Shown: positions 47,753-57,467, counted from the stretch's first letter. The stretch: 64,000 nucleotides of DNA from Treponemataceae bacterium (GCA_963667725.2 CAXXHO010000005.1:544001-608000); one strand, 5' to 3'. Program-made: numbers and translations. Notes: generated from the sequence alone by a model not told the origin.

Positions 47753-48682
47753 ATGCCGAAGAAGTACCTCACCGTCTGCCTCAATCCCGTGATCCAGAAA
47801 ACCCTCGTGTTCGGCCGACTCGAACTGGACCATGTGAACAGGGCGAACATCGCACGCACCGACGCGTCGGGCAAGGGCGTCAACGTCGCGCGCGTCCTCT
47901 CCCAGCTCGGCGCCCAAGCCGTCCACCTCACGCACGCGGGAGGGCCGAACCGCGAATGGTTCCTCTCCCTCTGCGCCGCCGACGGACTCTCCGTCGAGTG
48001 GGCGGATTCGGGCTCGGAAGTGCGCATCTGCGCGACGGTGATCGATTCGGAGGCCAAGTCGGCTACCGAGCTCGTCGAGGAAGCCGCGGCCGTCCAAGAA
48101 GGGACCGAAGCGCGGCTTTTGGCCCTCTTCGACAGCCTGCTTCCTTCCTTCGATGTCCTCGTCATATCGGGGACGAAGGCCGCCGGCTATTCGGATGCCA
48201 TGATTCCCACGATGGCGAAGCGCGCCTCTGGGCGCGGCCTGACCATCTTCCTCGATATCAAGGGCAAAGATCTCGTCACCAGCCTGCCTTCCCGCCCCAC
48301 CGTCGTAAAGCCCAATCTGAGCGAATTCCTCGCCACCTTTCCCGCGCAGGGCGGCGCCGGCGAGGCCGCCCTGCGAGCCCATGTCCACGACTACGCGAAA
48401 TCATGGAAGGAACGATACGGCACCGACCTCATCGTCACGCGCGGCACCGCGCCTATCTGGTTCGAGGAAGGAGGCCGCGCCGCCGAAGAGCCGACCCGAA
48501 GCGTCCAGGCCATCAACCCCACCGGTTCGGGCGATGCCTTTACGGCAGGCCTCGCCTATGTCCTCTCCGAAGGCGGAAGTCTGCGCGAAGCTATCCGTGA
48601 AGGCGCGCGACTGGGAGCGCTCAACGCGACGAACCTCAAACCTGGCTCGATTCTCCGGCAAGAGGGGCAATCTCTTCCCTGA
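47753..48682 (+). CDS. 1-phosphofructokinase/tagatose-6-P kinase-family hexose kinase
   Basis: TVCLNP, SGKGVNVARVL, VKPNLSE, NPTGSGDAF. Confidence 0.88.
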   Translation: MPKKYLTVCLNPVIQKTLVFGRLELDHVNRANIARTDASGKGVNVARVLSQLGAQAVHLTHAGGPNREWFLSLCAADGLSVEWADSGSEVRICATVIDSEAKSATELVEEAAAVQEGTEARLLALFDSLLPSFDVLVISGTKAAGYSDAMIPTMAKRASGRGLTIFLDIKGKDLVTSLPSRPTVVKPNLSEFLATFPAQGGAGEAALRAHVHDYAKSWKERYGTDLIVTRGTAPIWFEEGGRAAEEPTRSVQAINPTGSGDAFTAGLAYVLSEGGSLREAIREGARLGALNATNLKPGSILRQEGQSLP

Positions 48683-49208
48683 TCCAGCCGAGAGCGGCTT
48701 CCACCTGGCGCAGCCGGAAGGCCGCGGAAAGCGCTTCGATCTCGTCAAAACGTATCCCTTCCCTTCGCGCCGCCTTTAGCCTGTTTATTTCCGTGGAAAG
48801 GGTGCCAGTCTGGTCGGCCACCATCCGGGCCATGTTGTCGGGACAGAGACCGCGGGCGAAATACAGCCTTGTAGTGAATTCGAGGTGCAGCAACCGCGGG
48901 CTGGAAGCCGTCGGTTCCATGATCCATTCATCGAAGCGGCGCTGTCCGGCTGGAGTCAGGGAGAGGAGGCGGCGTGACGTGCCTTCGCCTTTCCGCGGGG
49001 CCAAACCTGTCACCAAACCATGCTTTTCGGCTCGCTTGAGAATGGCGTAGAACTGGCTCTCGCTGATATGCCAGAGCCGGTCGAGCGAGGTCTCGAATCT
49101 GCGAAAAAGTTCGTATCCATGCGAAGATCCCTGCGCCAGAAGGCCGAGAGCCAAAAATTCCGGCCTCAGTTCCGATATGCGCTGTAGTTCATCATCTCTG
49201 TCATTCAC
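48636..49208 (-). CDS. PadR-family transcriptional regulator
   Basis: LGLLAQGSSHGYEL, W.ISESQFY..LKR.E..GLV, LTPAG...F.EW, with AphA-type C-terminal helices. Confidence 0.88.
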   Translation of the reverse strand: MNDRDDELQRISELRPEFLALGLLAQGSSHGYELFRRFETSLDRLWHISESQFYAILKRAEKHGLVTGLAPRKGEGTSRRLLSLTPAGQRRFDEWIMEPTASSPRLLHLEFTTRLYFARGLCPDNMARMVADQTGTLSTEINRLKAARREGIRFDEIEALSAAFRLRQVEAALGWIREEIAPLAGESSQV

Positions 49209-49272
49209 GTGCTATATGTAAGAATCGCGATCGCGCATTGTCAAGTGGCGCTGTATTTTTAGGCGTTTTCAC

Positions 49273-49321
49273 TTGACGGCGAGCTTTCCTCAAGCTATTA
49301 CTCACTCAGTGAGTAATAGCT
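49273..49321 (+). promoter_or_regulatory. Selenium operon promoter with perfect 14-1-14 palindrome
   Basis: TTGACG (49273-49278), N17, TATTAC; AGCTATTACTCACT-C-AGTGAGTAATAGCT at 49293-49321. Confidence 0.75.
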
Positions 49322-49361
49322 CTTTCCTTGAATTACTATCGTTGTAAGCAAAGGAGACCGC

Positions 49362-50432
49362 ATGAGCAATGATGTTATCCATGCGATAGCGGCCTGCGCG
49401 GATTCCGTCGTCGTAGCCACAGTAACGGGGCTCAAGGGCTCCGCCCCGCGGCACTCAGGCACGATGATGCTTTTCCGGCCCGACGGCAGCGCGGCGGGCA
49501 GCGTCGGTGGCGGCATCGTGGAACTCAAGGCCGCGGCGGCTGCCATAACCGCCTTCGAGCGGCGCCAGTCTTTCGGGATCGGCATCGATATGATCGGGAT
49601 GGAAGCGACCGGCAGCGAAGCAATATGCGGCGGGGAAGTCGAACTCACCATAGAATACGTCGCCGATACAGGCCTCTATGCCGCGGCGGACAGGCAACTC
49701 GAAAAGGGCTCGGGGATCATTCTCGTCGGCGAGCCAGTACAGCCGGGACAATCGAGGGAAGGCGGCTGCCTGCGCGCGGTGCTCGACCCATCGGGGAATA
49801 CCGTCGCGGGGGAATTACCGGAGAGCGTCCGCGGGAAGGTTGCGGCGATGGCCGCCGCAGCCTCGGCGAACGGCTTCGCAGCTTCCTCATCGGGCTGTTT
49901 TTTCAGCTTCATCCAGCCGGCAGATAAGCTCCTCATTCTCGGAGGAGGCCATGTCGGGCTGGCCATCGCCCGTTTCGCGGCCGAACTGGACTTCCTCGTG
50001 ACCGTCGTCGATCACCGCCCGGAATTCGCCGCGGCGGAACGTTTCCCGGAAAAAGTGCTGACGCGCTGCGGCGATTACCTCGACATCGTCGATCAGTTCC
50101 TCTTCGGCGATTCCACCTATATCGTCATCGCGACGCCGAGCCACCAGTTCGACCTTGAATGCGTGCGGGCCATTCTGGGAAAACGATACCGCTACGCGGG
50201 CTTCGTCGGTTCGCGGAGAAAGACGAAGATGGTCCTCGAAACCCTCATCGGCGAGGGCTTCGACAGGAACGAAGTCATCTCGCTTCGCGCCCCCATCGGA
50301 GCCAACATAGGCGCCCAGACGCCGGCTGAAATCGCCGTCTCGATACTGGCCGAAATCATCGCGGCGCGAAGAGGTTCGCCTGCCCTCGCCGCGATGGACG
50401 CGGATCGAATCCGTCGGAGGGCGGAGGTCTGA
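49362..50432 (+). CDS. XdhC/CoxI-family molybdenum-cofactor accessory protein
   Basis: GSAPR..G, GSVGGG..E, ICGG, ILGGGHVG, Y.GFVGSRRK, APIG.NIGA.TP.EIAVSI.AE. Confidence 0.9.
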   Translation: MSNDVIHAIAACADSVVVATVTGLKGSAPRHSGTMMLFRPDGSAAGSVGGGIVELKAAAAAITAFERRQSFGIGIDMIGMEATGSEAICGGEVELTIEYVADTGLYAAADRQLEKGSGIILVGEPVQPGQSREGGCLRAVLDPSGNTVAGELPESVRGKVAAMAAAASANGFAASSSGCFFSFIQPADKLLILGGGHVGLAIARFAAELDFLVTVVDHRPEFAAAERFPEKVLTRCGDYLDIVDQFLFGDSTYIVIATPSHQFDLECVRAILGKRYRYAGFVGSRRKTKMVLETLIGEGFDRNEVISLRAPIGANIGAQTPAEIAVSILAEIIAARRGSPALAAMDADRIRRRAEV

Positions 50433-51280
50433 TGGACCTCGCCGGCGCGCTCGACATAGGGGAAAGGGATGGCCGGATTCCCTTGATCGCGGCTTTTGTG
50501 GGAGCCGGAGGCAAGACGAGCGCGATATTCGCCCTTGCGGACGCTGCCGCCGACTTCGGCGTGACCATCACGACGACCACCCATATCAGGGATCCGAGGC
50601 TCGAGAAGGGCAGGCGCTTCGGCCGCGTCCTCATCGATCCGGAACTGGCTGAGCCGCAGGCGCTGCTGTGGCGGATTTCTTCGATGTCGCCCCACCGCTT
50701 CGCTTCAATGAGAGGAGCCCCTCCCCTCATCGTCGCGTCGGGCGTGATCGCGGAAGAAGGAAAACTTGTCGGCATCCACCCGGAAAGGGCCGATGAGATA
50801 GCCGCCCAATGCGACATTCTCCTCGTCGAGGCCGACGGGTCCAGGGGGCGCCCCATCAAGGCGCCGGGCGCTCACGAACCCGTCATTCCCCCTCGCTCGG
50901 CCATCGTCGTGGGCCTCGTCGGCCTCGACTGCCTTGGCGCGCCATTGTGCGCGGCGACGGCCCACAGGCCCGAACTGCTGGCGAGCCTCACGGGATGCGC
51001 CGAAGGGGAGACTATCGAGGCAGGGCATATAGCCGCCCTCATCCGGTCTCCCGACGGGCTCTTCGGCCACTGTCCACCGGGAAGCCGGCATGTCGTACTT
51101 CTAAATAAGGCTGAGCTGCTTTCGCCTGGGCGGATTTTCGCCCTGCTCGACCTGATTCGACATGATCCAGGCAGAGCCGATCGCGTCGTCGTATGCTCCC
51201 TCGCGGAGCGGAAGATCTTTGAGATACTGGAACTGTCGGGTACGGGCTCGAAAAATCAGAAAGGAGGGGTCGGTCTATGA
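50432..51280 (+). CDS. yqeC: Selenium cofactor biosynthesis protein YqeC
   Basis: VGAGGKTS, TTTTHI, LVEADGS.GRPIKAP..HEPVIP, HRPE, LLNKA. Confidence 0.9.
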   Translation: MDLAGALDIGERDGRIPLIAAFVGAGGKTSAIFALADAAADFGVTITTTTHIRDPRLEKGRRFGRVLIDPELAEPQALLWRISSMSPHRFASMRGAPPLIVASGVIAEEGKLVGIHPERADEIAAQCDILLVEADGSRGRPIKAPGAHEPVIPPRSAIVVGLVGLDCLGAPLCAATAHRPELLASLTGCAEGETIEAGHIAALIRSPDGLFGHCPPGSRHVVLLNKAELLSPGRIFALLDLIRHDPGRADRVVVCSLAERKIFEILELSGTGSKNQKGGVGL

Positions 51281-52098
51281 GTACGCAAGTCAGATCGCTC
51301 ATTCTCGTCCGCGGCGCGGGCGACCTCGCGACAGGGACCATAGCCCGTCTATCTTCGGCGGGATTTCTCGTCGCCGCCCTCGAAATCGGCAGGCCAACGG
51401 CCATCCGGCGCAGCGTCGCCCTTTCCGAATGCATGTACGACGGCGCAGCCAGGGTAGAGGGGATCAGTGCCGTGCGCGTATTCAACCCCGGGGAACTGAT
51501 CGCGAAGGCGGCGCCTGGCATCGTGCCTATTCTCGAGGATCCCCGTTGCGCGTCGCTGCGGGAGATCGCCCCCATGGCCCTCGTGGACGCCATTCTCGCC
51601 AAGAGAAATCTCGGGACGCGAAAAGACATGGCGCCCATCGTCATCGCCCTCGGTCCCGGCTTCGAGGCGGGCATCGACGCCCATGCCGTCATCGAGACAA
51701 ATCGCGGCCACGATCTGGGGCGCCTCATCCTTTCGGGTTCCGCGGAACCCGATACCGGCTGCCCGGGCCTCATCGGCGGCTATGGCGCCGAGCGTGTGGT
51801 CAAGGCGCCCATAGCCGGCGTCGTGAAACTCCTGCGCGACATCGGCGATCTCGTCGAAAAGGGCGAAGCCCTTCTCGCCGTCGAGGCCGGCGGTGAAAAA
51901 GTCGAGGTGCTTTCCCCGCTCAAGGGCGTGGTCCGCGGGATCATCAGATCGGGAAGCGAGGTATCGGCCAGGATGAAGATCGCTGACGTGGACCCGCGCG
52001 GCGTCGTGGAAAGCTGCCGATCCATCTCAGACAAGGCGAGGGCCATAGGCGGAGGCGTCCTCGAGGCCGTCATGCGTTTCGGGGGACGTCCGTTATGA
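51277..52098 (+). CDS. yqeB: Selenium-dependent molybdenum hydroxylase system protein YqeB
   Basis: VRGAGDLATG, PTAIRR.VA, VDAILAKRNLGT, LGPGF.AG.D, ETNRGH.LG, ISDKARAIGGGVLEA. Confidence 0.92.
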   Translation: MSTQVRSLILVRGAGDLATGTIARLSSAGFLVAALEIGRPTAIRRSVALSECMYDGAARVEGISAVRVFNPGELIAKAAPGIVPILEDPRCASLREIAPMALVDAILAKRNLGTRKDMAPIVIALGPGFEAGIDAHAVIETNRGHDLGRLILSGSAEPDTGCPGLIGGYGAERVVKAPIAGVVKLLRDIGDLVEKGEALLAVEAGGEKVEVLSPLKGVVRGIIRSGSEVSARMKIADVDPRGVVESCRSISDKARAIGGGVLEAVMRFGGRPL

Positions 52099-53267
52099 TC
52101 TATCTGAACAACGCGGCGACGAGCTTCCCGAAGGCTCCGGGCGTGGCCGAAGCCCTCTTCGCGCAAGTCTCGTCCATGGGAGGAAATCCGGGCCGCGCGG
52201 GCCTGGGGAGCGCCCTGGGGAGCAGCCTGGACGCGGACAGGCTACTTCTCGCCGCGCGGGAAGCCCTGTGCCGGCTCATTGGCGTTCCCGATGCCTATTC
52301 CGAACGCATGATATTCACGAAGAACGCCACGGAGGCCATAAATATCGTCCTTCTGGGCATCGTCCAGCCGGGCGACACCGTCGTCACCAGCTCCCTCGAA
52401 CACAACGCCGTCATGCGGCCGCTCCGCTGGCTCGAGAAAACGCGGGGGACGAAGATTCTCGTCATCCGCTGCGACGAAGGCGGCACGCCCGACAGGGCCG
52501 ATCTCGCCGCGGCCCTCGCCCGAAGCCCCAACCTCGCCGTCTTTACGATGGCGAGCAACGTCTCGGGCGCCCTTTTGCCTTGGGAAGAACTCGCCAGGCT
52601 ATTCAGGAAGGCTGGATCCCTTGTCTGCCTCGACGCGAGCCAAGCCATCGGCCATATGGAAATCTCGGCGGCCTCCGATATCGACTATCTCTGTTTTCCC
52701 GGCCACAAGGGCCTTCTCGGCCCTACGGGCACCGGCTGCCTCTATATCGCGGGCGACACCATCCCGGAAGCGCTTATTCGAGGCGGCACGGGGAGTCGCT
52801 CAGACCTGGAAATCCAGCCCGGGGAACTGCCCGACCGCTTCGAGGCGGGCACGCAGAACCTGCCGGGCGCGGCGGGCCTTCTGGCCGCGACCGCCTTCCT
52901 CGCCTCCAAAGGCGTAAAGACCATCGGCGCCCGCGAGTCCGCGCTGACGGAGCGCCTGATCGGGGGACTCGGCGCTATCTCTGGGATACGGGTACACGGT
53001 CCCCTGCCGGGATTCCCTCGCGCGCCCGTCGTCTCCATATCTTCCGAAAGACCGCCGCTGGACGAATTAGCGCGGGGGCTCGATCTCCGAGGCATCGCCG
53101 TCCGAATGGGCCTCCACTGCGCCCCGGCCGCGCATCGATCGATTGGCACTTTTTCCACTGGCGGAACGATTCGCTTTTCGCCCGGCTTCTTCACGACCGA
53201 AGCCGAGATCGACGAAACGATCAGGGCCATGGAGGACATCGTCGCCCGAGGAGGATCGGATGACTGA
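52095..53267 (+). CDS. Cysteine desulfurase/selenocysteine lyase-family class V aminotransferase
   Basis: IYLNNAATSFPK, NATEAIN, EHNAV.RP, GHKGLLGPTGTG, EAGT.N, R.GLHCAP.AH. Confidence 0.9.
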   Translation: MIYLNNAATSFPKAPGVAEALFAQVSSMGGNPGRAGLGSALGSSLDADRLLLAAREALCRLIGVPDAYSERMIFTKNATEAINIVLLGIVQPGDTVVTSSLEHNAVMRPLRWLEKTRGTKILVIRCDEGGTPDRADLAAALARSPNLAVFTMASNVSGALLPWEELARLFRKAGSLVCLDASQAIGHMEISAASDIDYLCFPGHKGLLGPTGTGCLYIAGDTIPEALIRGGTGSRSDLEIQPGELPDRFEAGTQNLPGAAGLLAATAFLASKGVKTIGARESALTERLIGGLGAISGIRVHGPLPGFPRAPVVSISSERPPLDELARGLDLRGIAVRMGLHCAPAAHRSIGTFSTGGTIRFSPGFFTTEAEIDETIRAMEDIVARGGSDD

Positions 53268-54324
53268 GTTAAAAGGACCGCTTCCCGAAAGCGACGCGCG
53301 TCTGACACAGTATACGCGCTTCTCGGGCTGCGGCGCGAAGCTTGGCCCCGGCGTGCTCGAAAAAGCCCTCTGCGGTCTGGCCCAGCCCGCCTATCCGGGA
53401 CTTCTGGCCGACTTTTCCGGCTGCGAGGACGCGGGCCTATTCCGGATTGCGCCGGGGCTCGTCATCGCGCAGACCGTCGATTTCTTCCCACCCATCGTCG
53501 ACGACCCCTTCCTCTTCGGAAGAATAGCGGCAGCCAACGCGCTTTCGGACATCTACGCGATGGGCGGCAGGCCGATTAGCGCCTTAGCCCTCGTATGCTT
53601 TCCCGTAAAATCCCTGGGCATGGAAACGCTGCGTTCGATGATGAAGGGCGGCCTGGACGCCCTCATCGAAGCCGACTGCGCCCTTCTCGGCGGCCACAGC
53701 ATCGAGGATCCCGAGCCCAAGCTCGGCTACGCGGTGACCGGCCTCGTGGACGAGGGGAAGGCCTGGCGGAACAACAGCCTTCTGCCAAGACATGCGATCA
53801 TCCTCACGAAACCCATCGGGACGGGACTGATCAATATGGCCGTCCGCGCCGGCTGCGCCTCGCGGGAGGCCGAGAAGGCTGCCGAAACCTCGATGGCGAC
53901 CCTCAACAGACGCGCCGCGGAAATCCTTTCGGCATACAGGGTGTGCGCCTGCACCGATGTCACGGGCTTCGGGCTCGCGGGTCACGCCGCCGAGATGGCG
54001 GCGGGCTCCCTGTGCGGGCTCAGGCTGTTTTTCGGCGAAATTCCCCTCTTGCCGGAAGCGCTGGAGTACGCATCCATGGGTCTCGTGCCCGAAGGCACCT
54101 ACAGAAATCGCGCCGGCAGGGCCCATGCGCTCAAGGGAGCCGAGGAACTCGACGCCGTCCAGTCCGACATCCTCTTCGACCCCCAGACCTCGGGAGGCCT
54201 TCTGGCGGCCGTGCCTCGGGAGGTCGCTGCCGAAGCCCTCGCCGCGCTTCTCGCGGCGGGCGTCGCGGCGGCCATTGTCGGCGAGAGCGGCGGAGAAGCG
54301 GGGACGGTGGAAATTGTCCGCTAG
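53260..54324 (+). CDS. selD: Selenide, water dikinase (Cys form)
   Basis: SGCGAKL, EDA, QTVDFFPPIVDDP..FG.IAAANALSDIYAMGG, GGHSI, TKPIGTG, TDVTGFGL.GH, DPQTSGGLL; ATG 53260. Confidence 0.95.
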   Translation: MTELKGPLPESDARLTQYTRFSGCGAKLGPGVLEKALCGLAQPAYPGLLADFSGCEDAGLFRIAPGLVIAQTVDFFPPIVDDPFLFGRIAAANALSDIYAMGGRPISALALVCFPVKSLGMETLRSMMKGGLDALIEADCALLGGHSIEDPEPKLGYAVTGLVDEGKAWRNNSLLPRHAIILTKPIGTGLINMAVRAGCASREAEKAAETSMATLNRRAAEILSAYRVCACTDVTGFGLAGHAAEMAAGSLCGLRLFFGEIPLLPEALEYASMGLVPEGTYRNRAGRAHALKGAEELDAVQSDILFDPQTSGGLLAAVPREVAAEALAALLAAGVAAAIVGESGGEAGTVEIVR

Positions 54325-54664
54325 CGGGCATGCCCTTATAGTGACCTTTCGCACGACGCATGCCGCCCTGCGCGCGGAACGGGCTTTCCTCGCCAAAGGA
54401 TACACCATCGAACTCATACCCGTTCCGCGCGGCATTTCGAGCGACTGCGGCTTCTGCGTCAAGGCAGCCCTGCCCGACGGCCGCGAGTCCGACGGCCGCC
54501 GGATACGCGGCGCCGCGTTCGACGTCGCGGAGCCTTGTTCTTCGATGATGGCTATGACCGCGGCACTTTCGTTCGAGGCGGTCTGGATGGAAACGACGGA
54601 AGCGGCGGCCAACGAAAGCCACGGAAAGGAGAAACGATATGAGCGAATCGACGCTGGTCATTGA
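54314..54664 (+). CDS. DUF3343-like putative Se/S carrier protein
   Basis: VTF.TTH.A.RAE, LIPVPR.ISSDCG.C motif; TTG start 54314 inferred; lies between selD and yedF. Confidence 0.75.
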   Translation: MSASGHALIVTFRTTHAALRAERAFLAKGYTIELIPVPRGISSDCGFCVKAALPDGRESDGRRIRGAAFDVAEPCSSMMAMTAALSFEAVWMETTEAAANESHGKEKRYERIDAGH

Positions 54665-55274
54665 CGCGCGGGGACTCCCCTGTCCCCAGCCGGTCATACT
54701 GACAAAGAAGGCTATCGAAGAAGGGGCTGCCGGACGGATCGAAGTCCTCGTCGACAATGAAGCCGCCAAAGAAAACGTCCTGCGCTTCGCCGGATTCTCC
54801 GGCCGCCCCGCGGAAGCCCAGCCGGCCGAGGGAGGCGCCACGCGCGTCGTCATCAGGGAAGCCGCCGAAGCCGCGCCCGGAGAAACCACGTCCAGCGAAG
54901 CCGCTCCCGTAAAAATCGCGCCCGGAGAAACCCGGCCGGACGGAATAGACACCCTCTTCATTCCCACGGACAGACTCGGCCATGGGGACGACGATTTGGG
55001 CGTCCTCCTCATGCGCGGTTTCATCTACGCCCTCGCCGAGGGCGGCGAAAAACCCTCGCGGATCATTCTCATGAACGGAGGCGTCAGGCTCGCCGTCGAG
55101 GGTTCCGAATGCCTGGCCAATCTCCGGCGGCTCGCCCAGGAGGGAGCTGAAATACTCGTCTGCGGCACTTGTCTCGATTACTTCAAACTAAAAGAGAGAC
55201 TGGCTGTGGGAAGAGTATCCAATATGTATGAAATAACCGAGCTGCTCATGAAGGGGAATGTCCTCAGACCATGA
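54639..55274 (+). CDS. yedF: Sulfurtransferase-like selenium metabolism protein YedF (TusA plus DsrE domains)
   Basis: IDARGLPCPQPVI.TKKA, LG.GD..LG..LM..F, MNGGV.L, VCGTCLDY, G.VSNMYEI. Confidence 0.9.
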   Translation: MSESTLVIDARGLPCPQPVILTKKAIEEGAAGRIEVLVDNEAAKENVLRFAGFSGRPAEAQPAEGGATRVVIREAAEAAPGETTSSEAAPVKIAPGETRPDGIDTLFIPTDRLGHGDDDLGVLLMRGFIYALAEGGEKPSRIILMNGGVRLAVEGSECLANLRRLAQEGAEILVCGTCLDYFKLKERLAVGRVSNMYEITELLMKGNVLRP

Positions 55275-55299
55275 AGCGGAGGACATCCGCGCCCATATC

Positions 55300-56193
55300 T
55301 CAGTCGTCCTCCGGTCCCTTGCGCAGAAGAACCCTCGAGATCTCGCCCGCCCCCGGATTTTTCCCGCCTTTCGCGCTCTTCTCCACCACAAAATCGACCT
55401 TCTGGAGAAACCTGTCCCTGTAGTCGGTAGGCGAGATGCCCGTCGCCCGCCGGAAGGCCCGCGAAAAGGAAAACTGGCTGTCGAACTCGAGCTTGTCGGC
55501 TATCTCCCCCACGTGAAGATTCGTGCTCGAAAGCATGGCTCTCGCCGCCTCGATCTTGAGGCGTGCATAGTAGCGCATCGGCGGCATCCCCATATAGCTG
55601 GAAAAAAGCCTGACGAAATGCTCCCTCGAGACATCCAGATAGTCGCAGAGCTCGCTCAGGTCGAGGTGGCGCTCTATCCTCGCCTGCATGATGGCAATGG
55701 CCTTTCCGATGTGGGCGTTGTCTGGCGTGGCCCAGCTCGGTCCCTTGCCTGCCGCGATCTGGTACAGCATCGAAATGAGGGCGTGGCGCGCGGAAAATTC
55801 CAGCTCGGGCTCCCTGGAAAGATGCTTCTCGAGAATATCGGCGAAGAAGAAGCGGTAGCCGTTGCCCACGATACGCCCCTCGCCCCGCCCCACGAGACGA
55901 TCGAGGAGGGCGGACGTTTCCCCGTCCTCCGAGACGTCGATGAGAAGGGCGTAATAGGTTATGGGTTTTTCGAGGACCGTGGCGAGTATCTGATGCCACA
56001 TGCCGGGCGCGCTGAAGTAGAGGCTCCCTCGCTCGATCGCATAACGCGTCTTGTCGTTGCGGAAGCTGCCTTCGCCCGAAACGAAGTAATGGATTTCGTA
56101 GAGGTTTTCCCCATGGCAATGATCCCTGCCGTGCCAGGCTATCTGCCCCGGGTCGTTCAGGTGATAGACGAATACGATATCCTCGAAACGCAC
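55300..56193 (-). CDS. AraC-family transcriptional regulator
   Basis: N-terminal cupin (H.H, EIHYF..GEG, PG.WH) and C-terminal HTH pair (SREHF.RLF, FDSQFSFSRAFRR.TG.SP); GTG 56193. Confidence 0.92.
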   Translation of the reverse strand: MRFEDIVFVYHLNDPGQIAWHGRDHCHGENLYEIHYFVSGEGSFRNDKTRYAIERGSLYFSAPGMWHQILATVLEKPITYYALLIDVSEDGETSALLDRLVGRGEGRIVGNGYRFFFADILEKHLSREPELEFSARHALISMLYQIAAGKGPSWATPDNAHIGKAIAIMQARIERHLDLSELCDYLDVSREHFVRLFSSYMGMPPMRYYARLKIEAARAMLSSTNLHVGEIADKLEFDSQFSFSRAFRRATGISPTDYRDRFLQKVDFVVEKSAKGGKNPGAGEISRVLLRKGPEDD

Positions 56194-56396
56194 CGATTTC
56201 CCCCCGTAAACGTCAATAGTACCCCAGCCCGGGGTCCGCCGCAACCAATATCACTTTGGGACATTAATTATCAATTCCCGCCATTCCGGTATCACAAAAG
56301 TTGACCAAAGATAAAGTGAGGCCGATGGGCTCGAGCTTAGGTTCGCGTCCAAGACCTTTATCGCTGCCAAAAAAAATGGCAAAAGGAGGAATTGCG

Positions 56397-57449
56397 ATGA
56401 AAAAAACCCTATTGGTGATTCTGGGCATCGCGATCGTAGTTTCGGGCGTTTGGGCGCAGAAGAGCGCTCTCATCGGCGTCGCCATGCCGACGCAGTCGCT
56501 CCAGCGCTGGAATCAGGACGGCGCGAACATGAAGGCCAAGCTCGAGGAAAAGGGCTACAAGGTCGTGCTCCAGTACGCGAACAACGACGTGAATACCCAG
56601 GTCCAGCAGCTCGAGAACATGATCGTGCAGGGCTGCAAGGTCCTCGTGATCGCCTCGATCGACGGCTCGGTGCTCTCCGATGTCCTGAAGCAGGCCAAGG
56701 AATACGACATCAAGGTCATCGCCTACGACAGGCTGATCATGAACACGCCCGACGTCGACTACTACGCCACCTTCGACAACTTCAAGGTCGGCGTGATCCA
56801 GGGCCAGTACATCGAAAAGGCTCTCGGACTCAAGGAAGGCAAAGGCCCCTACAATCTCGAACTCTTCGCCGGCTCCCCCGACGACAACAACGCCGTGTTC
56901 TTCTTCAACGGCGCCATGAGCATCCTCAATCCTTACATCGCCGCCAAAAAGTTCGCCATTCCCTCGGGACAGAAGGACTTCACCGTCATAGCGACCCAGA
57001 GCTGGGATTCCGCCAAGGCTCAGGCCAGGATGGACAATCTCATCACCGCCAACTACGCCAAGGGCGCCAAGCTCGACGTCATCCTCTCGCCCAACGACTC
57101 GGTGGCCATCGGCGTCATCGCCTCCCTCAAGAACGCGGGATACGGCGCCGGGAAACCCTACCCCGTCCTGACAGGCCAGGACTGCGACAAGGCGAACGTG
57201 AAGGCCATGATCGCGGGGCAGCAGTCCATGTCGATCTTCAAGGACACCCGCACCCTCGCCGCCCAGGTCGTCGACATGGTCGAGTCCCTGATGGCGGGCA
57301 AGTACGCCACGGTGAACGACACCAAGACCTACTTCAACGGCGTGAAGACCGTGCCGTCCTTCCTCTGCGACCCCGTGTACGCGGACAAGAACAACTACAA
57401 GGCCCTGCTCATAGACAGTGGCTATTACAAAGAAGCCGATTTAAAATAG
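56397..57449 (+). CDS. chvE: ChvE-type multiple monosaccharide-binding protein
   Basis: IGVAMPT.S..RW..DG, IAYDRLI, YYATFDNFKVG, ELFAGSPDDNNA, LSPND, TGQD, IFKDTR.LA; AGGAGG RBS. Confidence 0.9.
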   Translation: MKKTLLVILGIAIVVSGVWAQKSALIGVAMPTQSLQRWNQDGANMKAKLEEKGYKVVLQYANNDVNTQVQQLENMIVQGCKVLVIASIDGSVLSDVLKQAKEYDIKVIAYDRLIMNTPDVDYYATFDNFKVGVIQGQYIEKALGLKEGKGPYNLELFAGSPDDNNAVFFFNGAMSILNPYIAAKKFAIPSGQKDFTVIATQSWDSAKAQARMDNLITANYAKGAKLDVILSPNDSVAIGVIASLKNAGYGAGKPYPVLTGQDCDKANVKAMIAGQQSMSIFKDTRTLAAQVVDMVESLMAGKYATVNDTKTYFNGVKTVPSFLCDPVYADKNNYKALLIDSGYYKEADLK

Positions 57450-57467
57450 ATGATAACAAAATAGCGT

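Noticed and set aside
53260..55274. Selenocysteine recoding in selD, DUF3343 or yedF
   Set aside because: Active-site positions are Cys codons and no in-frame TGA read-through is needed.
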